A DNA stretch of 64,000 nt from Phallusia mammillata. Lineage: Eukaryota. Below the pieces are notes generated by a model. The model ran no database searches. It had not been told where the DNA came from and saw only the letters and a program-made list of their open reading frames with translations. The position numbers were made by a program, and so were the translations under genes. Within the stretch, counting starts at the first letter, position 1. Each line of letters starts with the position of its first letter. The stretch lies in the NCBI GenBank assembly GCA_965637545.1, contig OZ281494.1, forward strand, positions 13,330,001-13,394,000, read 5' to 3'. This document shows, in pieces, positions 46,641-64,000 of this stretch.

Positions 46641-47661
46641 AAATGCTTATCCTGCTGATAGATCCTTCACTTTACGATTTGTTTGAGTTTGACATTTCCC
46701 TTTTTTGAAAGGGGTCCCAGGTCTTACGAGGTTACTGAAAGGGGGCCACGAGGTCCAAAAGTTACTTTTAGGGGGCAAGATCCATGAAAGGTTGATAACC
46801 ACGGTTTTAAACTTTGAGCTGATGTTTTTGATTATTTATGTGCTGCTAATATTAGCCAGTTTTTCAAATAAGGCTGTGCTTTTTTAGATTATTGCTGTAC
46901 AAAAAGTTAATAAACCAGCCTTGATTAACCAATGTTCTTTGGGCCATTAAAAATTAAGCGACTTGGCGAACTTAAGACATGAATTTGTATTACGACTTGT
47001 CTTGTTAATCACAGAACAATAAGTAAATGACTTGACTTGACTTAAAACCCGACTGAGACGACTTATTTTAGGTTATTTTAGGAGACGACTTAAGTTATTT
47101 TTCTGTAAAATCGATTAGACTGATAGTAGTAATAACACTATCAATCCACGCCTATTTTTAGCTTGGCTTTAGTTAGCGTTTTGCATGTAACATTTAACTT
47201 TCATGAAATGTAGCCTACTTGACCGGCATACAAATCTTATTATTTTCGTCATCTGTTATTTAGTTTTTTCAATACACTTTGGTAAGTATTTTGCTTTTTT
47301 TTTCATCCGATTTCCTTTGTTTATTTACAATGGTTTTTAATGCATAAAACTGTTAAGACGATATCAATCAAACATTTTAAAGCCAAAACGTCAGTATAAT
47401 TTCCGCATCAGGTAAAGGTAGAATTAAAGTACAGTACATTAATGGTACATTAACAACTAATCAACCAATACATAAAAATAATACATTAATAATTTAACAT
47501 CGAATAATAATAATAAGTTATAAAAAAAGATTTAATGGTTATAAAAGATTATAATCATTGATTGTGCAGGCAACGTCACTAGTAAATCACAAATTATACG
47601 TCAACAACTTGCATGGTCAAAACCGCAACGCTGATTATTGCGATGAAACAAAACTGTGCAT

Positions 47662-51858
<4,197 letters not shown>

Positions 51859-54800
51859 TTTTTGTCTCAAATAGCACAAACTGTAATTGCTACTAACTTC
51901 TACAAAATCTTTGCCAAACAAGACTTATCATTATAGCTTTGTTACTACAAGTATGCTGAGTTACTACAAGTATGCCTAGCGACAATTTACGTTCGTTTTG
52001 TTTCATTACTCTCATTCACCTTTTCCCGATTATTAAAATCGTGTATTGCATGCACACTGGTTTTTCTTTTGGCAATAAAAGACCTTCGTAAATTGTATGT
52101 AAACTTTGCATTTTAAACATACAACCGAAACTGAAATCAAAGAGCTTCATTTCCACCTAATCGCAACCATTGTCCTCAGTTTCAACATATCTAGCGGGAC
52201 AAAGCAGCATATACCTTACCGGTAAACTTTGTTTGCAGTGCCACTTCTCACTCTCCACAAACTGAATGATCGATAAAATATTGGTTGTCAGACCATTGAT
52301 TGGACCTGGCAATGCAAACATCGTCAAACGCCGGTAGGCCATATCGGTAGAATATCATAGGACCAATATTTGACCCCAATGCTGGGAAAAAGTGGTTTTT
52401 GCCTACACCTACATACAAATTTTGGCAAATAATCACACATTTTGCTTATAAAACAACTAACATCTTTTTTTAGTTTTGGCTTTACTTTTTGTACAAACAC
52501 GCTTGGTTTTACCAGTGGTTTCACCAATAAAATAAGGGATTTTGCTTTCATCGTGGAATTCTAGTAAAAATACAGCACCAAAACCGTTTTTTTTTTTTTT
52601 TGGAAAAGTGATTTATTTCTGCTTTTGCTATGGATAATCTGACGGCAAAGAAAACGCAACCAGATTGATTAAAAAACTAAGGTTGTTTGGGACATAAAAA
52701 AATAACCGACTTGGCAAACTAGAGACATAAACTTATTACGACTTGTCTTGTAAATCGCAGACCATTACGTGACTTGACTGGGAATCGAATTTCTTGATAC
52801 ATGACTTAAATTGGAACCCGACTAAAATGAAGTTATTTTTCTGTAAAGATTGATTAGCTTGATTGTCGTAATAACAGTATGACACTATTTCAACATTGCC
52901 TATTTTAATTTGGCTTTTTGTGTTTTGCATTTAAGATTTAACTCATATAAATTATACTTCACCTGCATGCAAATCTAATTAAGTTATTTGCGTATTTTGT
53001 AATTTAGTTTTATTAATGCATTTTGCATCAGATTTCTTTTGTTTTACTAACAGTAATCACTTCAACGGTTTTTGATACATAAAGCTTTAAAGATATCAAA
53101 CAAACATTTTAATGCCACAAAGTTATTCAAATTTACGCATCAAGTAAATGTAGAAGGACGCATCAAGTAAAAGCAAAGTTAAAAAAAATATTTTACGTTT
53201 AAACTGTAGGCTACATTAATAATTAATCAACAAAGAATGATAAATTAATATTGATTGTTCAGGGAACGTCACTAGTAAATCACAAATTATACGTCAACAA
53301 TTTTCATTGTCAAAACGCAACGCTAATAATTATTGCGATGAAACAAAACTGTAAATTTATTTCAGCAGAGCTGGAATTTTTTCCGACCAAAACTTGAAAC
53401 GCTTCTCAAAAATGTCAGTCCGAACATCGTAAGGCCATTTTAACTCAAGAAATTTCTTCGTGTCGTATTTTGGCCACTCTTTTTCTCCGTCACAGTTTGG
53501 GTTTCTTAAAAATTGCCAAAAGATGAGTTTTATTGTTGGCACACAGTTAATTTATTTTACAAATTTGATCCTAAATAAACGTGCCAAATTTTTCCATTTG
53601 AAAAAATTAACAATATTGAAAACGACATTATGAAACGATGAAGCGTATTTGGCAAAAACATAAAACGACAGAATAAGAATGCTTTGCAAAATGGCGAGCC
53701 CCACCATTGCTTTAATACTGATATCATGAATTTAAATATCTCAAAACGTTTGACTAACAAACGCGTATAAGCAAAAGATATCAATAGATCTACATTGGGT
53801 TTAAAAATGTAATATATGTGTCCCAATTATAATTCTCAAATAACCGTATACTTACCCGGTTTTGGCAAACTGGCATATAGTTTTCATCCACTGCTTACTG
53901 AGTTTCTTCTCCGTGTCACTGAAGCCCGCCTGGGGAATGAACTTGCAATTCATTAGCGGGTAGCCCATGGTGAGCATGATATCGTCGCCATGATCGGCTT
54001 CACAGAATACGGCTTTGGGTTTGATTTTTCCCGCGTACGCGTCATCATGATGCATACGTGGCTGTTGCGTCATATAGTATACGTAGGTGTCATGACCAGC
54101 GCCTGCAACAGTACGTAAGTAACTTAAATTCACTGTACAAAGACATAATCATTTATGGGGATCGGTAATTCACTATTTGATGTTTTCAACTAACAAGAAC
54201 CTAAAAACATAAAAGCACATCTACTAGCGTACTGTGTAACTTTAAAGCATTCGGTATTTCGGTTACAAATGAGGAACGCTTTAATTGTAAGCTCTGTTCA
54301 GTATTACCGAGCAGCGGTTTTGTTACCTTTTGCGGGTTTTTTTATCCATCAACTTTTGTTATCTACACTAAAATATGTTAGTGATGAGTGATGACTATAG
54401 TCTTACCAGAATGTGCTATTGCTTGGCCAATGCTTGGAACAATAAAGAAGCTGTCTCCAAAATAAGAAGCAACCACTTTACTCCACTTGTATTTATCACC
54501 ATCGTCCAACTGTTTTGAGTAGAAATCAGTTACTGCTTTGTTTACAGATTCGAGTTTGTCAGCCTGCAAAGTTTAAAAACTCATGTTTTTTTGCTTAAGA
54601 CACTTTGTGTAAAGTATTTACAAACCGGAATTCCTTCCGCCAGCATTCCCGATATAATACTTTTGGCAGTTTCCTCGCTAAGACCCTTAGGGAAATCTTC
54701 AGTAAAGTTACTACCGAGCATCCCGGCTCCTTCTGTGTTGTTAAATCCAATGATATAAGGAACCGGATTGTATTTTCCTTCTTCCAATAACTTTTGGGTG

Positions 54801-55367
54801 TTCTTTGGATGAAACTTTCCGTCCACAGTGGGAACCAACATTTTCTTCTCCGCCTAATTTCAAAATAGTCGGTGGCATGAGAAAATGGCACTATATACTG
54901 TTCAAAACCAAATCTTTAGGTATAAACTATTGTCCTACGTTTGAATCCAAAGCTTTTGTTATTTTCTTCGCATCCATTGCTTTCAGTTGTTTAACAATCT
55001 CTTCTGGTTCAGTCGCTGTAATCTTCAACTCATCCAGAATCAGTTTTACTGGTTCAGAAAGGTCATCCCGCATCATACCTGTTACAAATCACATCAGAAC
55101 TCGTTTCAGAAAACAGATAGAAAAATTGGGTATGTGTCGATTTAATTAGGTTGAAATGGTTTTAGCCCGTATGGCCAGTGACAGAGTCATATTTATTGAA
55201 ATATCAACATGACGCGCGCGAAAGTTGGATCCCATAAAGAAATGCAAAAATTCTGTGTTGCACAAGACTCTTGATTTCGGGTAATCACAATACCTTAATT
55301 TTCAAGTCCTTTTTTGCGTACCGAGTCCTGAACATTGGTTCATGATTAGTGTTGAAAATAACGCACC

Positions 55368-57713
55368 TGTCACAAATGTTTTATGGGCCAGGTTTTTAAC
55401 GGGGGCGATTGTGACAAATTTTGTTTGGAGTGTCGGTTTCAAAAACTGTAAGACTCAGCTAACTTTATCTTACAAGCATTTTTTTCTCTTGCAAACAAAC
55501 AACATGCTTATTAGGCGGATGAGCCTAAACATGCTGCTGTTTGAAAAAAAAGTGTTTGCCGGCTTTGTGTTTTTTTTTGTGATTTAGGGAGCAAGGTTGG
55601 GCATTTAATTTCCAAGCGGTGACACGGTATTATGGCTATGTATGGTGACAGACCATACCTTTTAAAAAGAACGATACCGCACTTTCCTTTATAGTTGTCT
55701 CGCTTTCATACTTACTATACTTACAAAATCGTAATTTTTTCTTGTCTTTCATGGAACAAAGTTTCCTAAGATTGGTAGAATTGCATGAAGTAGACCCTGC
55801 AATCTATTTGCTCACAACTGCCCAAAAGGAAAAAAACAACTTTGAAACAAAATAAAATCTCATATGGGGCGATTTTGAGCCAGTGCCCAAGAAAGGGAGC
55901 GATTTTGCAAAAAAAGGTTGAAGACCACTGTTTTAGACAGTCCCGTGACAATATCCCGCAGCCATGTTTTACGGTTTCCCTGCGTTCCATCTATTGTTGC
56001 AAACGCTATCATTTTGTATTCGCCACAGTGTGCCAATTTTATCACTTCGCACTTTTATCGGGTGCAAGTCAGGAGGAAATAGCCACGGCGAGTTAACGCC
56101 TTGTACCACAATCAAGCTTTAAAAGAATACCTCTTCCATTAGATTCGGACAAGAGGGAAGTCTGCCTGGTCAGAAAAAAAGGGTTGTTGCACGTGAATAA
56201 ATGTAAAATGAAAGTTTATTGTCCATCAGGGACCATAGTGCACGTGCGTTAATGTCAAGAAACATCCTAATAGTCAGTCCCGCTTTTTAGCGTTTAAAAG
56301 CTTGCATGTGAAAGTAGGAAAGTAACTTGGGCTTGTTGAAGAGGATTAACGTGAGTACGTAAAGAACCAGATGAATCATATCTGTGAAGAGCAAAGGTTC
56401 AACCTTGAGGCCGAGCAGAAAAGGCGCGACGATGAGGCCGAGCAAAGGAAACTTCACGCGGAGTTCGAGCAAAGAAATCTTGAAGCCGAAAATGAAAAGC
56501 TGCAACAGATCCGAGAGATTGTGCACGAACTGCATATACACAATCTTGAGTTGGAATCTGGGTGCCGCTGCGAAGGTAAAACGAGCAGGATGGCCCCTGT
56601 CCTGTTAGACGAGCAAGACGATCATCCATGGCAGGGTCGCTCTGAAAACGAAGTAAAGACCTGTGACAAAGTACACACGGCTTCTGCAACACAAACGGCA
56701 AAGCAAAACGTCACGACCCAAGATGTCGACGATGAGTCAAATACGGAGTTTACGCAGAAGCTGATCAAAGTACAATTACACACAATGGACGGGAGCAAGA
56801 CGATTTCTTCGAATCAAAAATCGTCGGAACAAAACGCCGCAACCCAGACGGTCGCCGATACCCAATATAAGGAATTATTTCAGGATCCCCCCTATATTAA
56901 AGGGCAATTGGTGGATACAAGAAGTTCTATTTCTGCATTACAACAGATTGTCGAGCAACCAACTGAAGACAATCTCGCTTTTGCAGACACCAGTGAGAGC
57001 ATCGTTTACAGCGCATTCTTTCGCGTCCTTTCGTCCATAACAACCCGCCGACACATGCAGCAACCAATGCTGTCAGGTTTTGCGGAATCTTATTTCCGGG
57101 ATTCGAAACCAAACCACTTACGGGAAAACTTTCACACGTTCTTCAGGAGCAGAAGAAAGCAGGGAAAAGGTAAACGAGGAAAACATCGGATACGGAAAGA
57201 AATATCGTCAGTGAACAAGAGTTTTGAATTTCCGGTGGCATTGATTAATTGTAGGCACATTTGTGTTAGTTTGTGCGATAGTTTCTTGAGAGAAAATCTC
57301 TTTCTAAAAACGAGGTTGTGTCACAAATGCTCTACACCTTCCCGTGACAATATCACGCGACCTCTTTATTACGGTTTCCGTACGCCCCATCTATTGTTGC
57401 AAACGCTATCCTTTTGTATACGTCACTGTGTGCCAATTTTATCGCTTCGTACTTTCACCGGGTGCAAGTCACCATTGTTTTATCTGGAGGAAACAGCCAC
57501 GGCGAGTTGACGCCTTTTACCACAATCAAAGCTGTAACTGAACCCCGACTCGACAATTAGGAAGTCGCTCTAGCCAAGTGACTTTGTCGCTTCCCTTGTT
57601 TTAAATCTATTTGAATAAGCTTGTTGCATGTAAAATAAAGGGTTTATTGACGAGTACACGTGCGTTAATGTTAAGATACTTCCAAATAGTCAGTCCCGCT
57701 TTTTAGCGTACCA
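55368..57713 (+). mobile_element. Internally deleted LTR-retrotransposon-like element in CES-G intron 4
   Basis: Diverged direct repeats starting TGTCACAAATG (55368, split by a MITE-like insert to ~55930 and continuing to ~56290; and 57319-57713), each with AATAAA. The internal ORF has a coiled-coil N-terminus and a retropepsin-like LVDTRSSIS. No RT/IN seen. Confidence 0.65.
56371..57510 (+). CDS. 379-aa ORF: gag-like coiled coil plus degenerate aspartic-protease motif; C-terminus runs into the LTR
   Basis: E/Q/R-rich heptads (EEQRFNLEAEQKRRDDEAEQRKLHAEFEQRNLEAENEKL). IKGQLVDTRSSIS at ~56896-56934 resembles retropepsin LVDTG(S/A). Only long ORF in the window. Confidence 0.55.
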   Translation: MNHICEEQRFNLEAEQKRRDDEAEQRKLHAEFEQRNLEAENEKLQQIREIVHELHIHNLELESGCRCEGKTSRMAPVLLDEQDDHPWQGRSENEVKTCDKVHTASATQTAKQNVTTQDVDDESNTEFTQKLIKVQLHTMDGSKTISSNQKSSEQNAATQTVADTQYKELFQDPPYIKGQLVDTRSSISALQQIVEQPTEDNLAFADTSESIVYSAFFRVLSSITTRRHMQQPMLSGFAESYFRDSKPNHLRENFHTFFRSRRKQGKGKRGKHRIRKEISSVNKSFEFPVALINCRHICVSLCDSFLRENLFLKTRLCHKCSTPSRDNITRPLYYGFRTPHLLLQTLSFCIRHCVPILSLRTFTGCKSPLFYLEETATAS

Positions 57714-58038
57714 GTGAAAATGGAACGTGCCAACGGCTAATTGCCTATATTAGTTGCAAGATAAAGCTTATCAAACTGCAGTTTAGTCGAATGTCTTTAT
57801 GCTGTAAAAAACTTACCGGCCATTGTTCCAACCCCGCTGTGACTGATAGCCTTGTGGAACAGACCACGTGACATAGGAGAGGTCACTTATAATACAAATA
57901 CAACGAGACAGGAAAATGCAGTGTAATTAAAAGTATTTGCGAAAAGTGCCTTTCAGAAATTGCTTATCCAGTGTTTTTGTCTGTTTTTAACTGGCGCTGT
58001 TAAACGTGAGGCAAAAGAATGGACATCATATTCTACAA

Positions 58039-58440
58039 CAGTGGTTCTCAAACTTTTTCAATATTTTTTCAAAATGGTCACTTTGCCATTTTTTCGGAGG
58101 CTCGCGGTCCTTAAGCCTGAATGTGTATTCAGGATCTTAGCTAGTTATGCAAAATTGCTCATAACAATGATCCAAAGACAGCATGTGACATCACAGACAA
58201 GACAAAATACATTACGATTGACCGCGAACGAATAGTATACATTTATTGTTAGTTGTCACGTAATAAAAGCTATTGTGTTGCAATAGAGACAGTCGATTCT
58301 CAATTGTACTTTGATTTAAACTTATTTCGTGGCACAACTTTCTCCAAATAAGATTATAGAAGTACTTCAACCTTTTGCGGTCCCCCCAAAATGGCCTCAC
58401 TGACCCCAAAGGAACGCGGTCCCCAGTTTGAGAACCGCTG
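58039..58440. mobile_element. hAT-type MITE in CES-G intron 3
   Basis: CAGTGGTTCTCAAACT ... AGTTTGAGAACCGCTG. Flanks TTCTACAA / TTCTACAT. Absent from the CES-F intron. Confidence 0.88.
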
Positions 58441-60318
58441 TTCTACATCCTGTACCTATTTATGTCAGTTTCTTGATTATGGCAAGTGTTGAAAAAATGG
58501 TTTTACAGTAAAATGTAATTAGATCCAACTTACTCCATAGCCATGATTTGATCGAACAAACCCATGTTTCCAGGCCACTTCGTGTCTTTTCCTGTTGTGA
58601 AGAATCCGAACATGTTAACTCGATATTGCGGTACAACCAATACCACGTCATTTAGCCCGCAGATCGCTTGGCCGTTGTAGCCGGCAGCCCATCCCATGTT
58701 AAATGCTCCACCGTAGATCCAGAAGAGAACCTTTTTATCAGACAAATAAATTTAATTTCTATTATTTCTTTAAAGCTGAAGTTGTGATATATCGTACCGG
58801 CATATTTGCTTTTTTGTTGGGGTTTGTTGAGAACACATTCAAATACAGGCAATCCTCACTCATTTTTTCCGGATCCTCGTTGCTTAATAATGGCATGGTA
58901 AAGTAATCTCCCATTTCGTTTGTGAAAAATGTGCTTTGCATTGGTGAGGGTGGTGCTTTCGTGGCGTCAAATACTCCTTTCCAGGGCTTCGTTCTGCACA
59001 TAATGTTTAATATGAAACTACGGCAAAGAGTGGAAACTAATTCACTCGTCAGGGTTACAGAAAAAGATTCTTACAGTTGGCAAGGCTTCGACGGTCGTTT
59101 TATGTTCGTGTCACATCGTAGTGTCAATAAATGGAATATAACAACAGCGTAAACAGGAATTGACCAACAACCAAAAACACGAATTAAGTTAATGTGTCAA
59201 TTGTCAAGCTTAAGTTCAATCATTCGGTACGCGTTGGCGTTTGGTGATGGTAAATGTATTTGACACCTTTGTTTTCAGCACATTCAGCAGTAAAGGACTT
59301 ACTTTTGTGGAGGTTCGAACCGCAGTTCTCCGAGAGGAGGCTTTGCAAACGGCAAACCCATGAAGGCAAACACTTGCTTTGCTTCGTCGCATTTAGCTTT
59401 TGGTAGCGCGAAACCCTTTGTTTTGCCCAGCGAAGTGTTGACGGTTGGACAGCTCATTTTTTTGTCTCAAATAGCACAAACTGTAATTGCTACTAACTTC
59501 TACAAAATCTTTGCCAAACAAGACTTATCATTGTACCATTGTTACCATTACTTTGTTAAGTATGACTTGCTAAAATTTGTGTTCGTTTTGTTTCATTACT
59601 CTCATCCACCTTTTCTCAAAAAGTAAAATAGTGTATTGCTTGCATACTGGTTTTCATTTTGGCAATAAAAGATCTTCCTAAATCGTAGGTAAACATACAA
59701 CTTAACGTCAAATCAAAGAGCCTAATTTCAACTGAATCTTAACTGTTACCCTTAGTTTTAACAGATCTAGCGGGAAACGCAGCATATACCTTACCGGTGA
59801 ACTTTGTTTGCAGTGCCACTTCTCACTCTCCACCAACTGAATGATTGTTGAAATATCGGTTTTAAGACCATTGATTCGATCTGGCAAGGCAAACATCGTC
59901 AAACGCCGGTAGGCCATGTCGGTAGAATATCATAGGATCAATATTGGACCCCAATGGTGAGAAAAAATTTGGGCAAAAGGTCATGGATGTAGCTGAGCTG
60001 AAAGTTCGTTTTGTTTATAATGCATAGTGTATTATATGTACCATAATGTACTACTGTATTTGAAACAGCAAGTATGATAAAAAAATACGATTGCAATCGT
60101 GTCAAGGTTGAAGGTTTTTGCTGAGAGCTTATTGTCACAAAGTCGAGATCACATCATATTTTATTATGCACATTAGGGTAGATACAAAATTGTTCCACAC
60201 TCAAACTCAGTCAGCACATAAGGTTGATCAAGCTTATAATTTTTAAATACTATTACAAATACGAATTAAACTTTCCATTAAAAATGGTTAAAAATGCATT
60301 ACATTAAAATAACCCATT

Positions 60319-63963
<3,645 letters not shown>

Positions 63964-64000
63964 CTTCAAAAAATAAGAAGTTTTTGCTTATGAATTGCAT

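Larger units (their letters stand above)
53357..59457 (-). pseudogene. Carboxylesterase CES-G, duplicate of CES-F lacking the catalytic GESAG segment
   Basis: Exons 59457-59303, 58993-58798, 58730-58534, [57886-57817 partial exon 4], 55078-54939, 54853-54626, 54563-54407, 54102-53856, 53504-53357. The 5' part of exon 4 ([17 protein letters not shown]) is absent from 57887-58533. The AG next to the remnant would be out of frame. Confidence 0.85.

Overview
AT-rich, intron-containing animal genomic DNA, probably an ascidian/tunicate (inferred from compact introns and styelin-like peptide precursors). There is one assembly gap (31645-31862). Two interleaved tandem gene families dominate. (1) Eight 9-exon type-B carboxylesterase (alpha/beta-hydrolase) genes: four reconstruct as complete intact ORFs of ~540-546 aa (CES-B, C, D, F), CES-E is also intact (542 aa from its second ATG), CES-H runs off the window end, and two are pseudogenes (CES-A, CES-G). 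They appear to lack signal peptides and the first Cys of the conserved N-terminal disulfide. (2) A family of small minus-strand 4-exon genes at 17-40 kb, invisible to the ORF track because every coding exon is <60 codons. Spliced by hand, they encode 74-80 aa precursors: signal peptide + Trp2-containing cationic amphipathic peptide + Gly + acidic C-terminal propiece. This is the architecture of styelin/clavanin/pleurocidin-type antimicrobial peptide precursors. There are 5 three-coding-exon copies (4 cleanly spliceable, 1 via a predicted new acceptor), 1 truncated but possibly expressed copy and 2 relics. Also present: three minimal hammerhead-ribozyme motifs of the Penelope-like type, about ten 8-bp-TSD hAT-type MITEs, a foldback element, and an internally deleted LTR retroelement with a matching solo LTR. 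All gene models were built by eye from splice signals and paralog comparison; no database searches were run.
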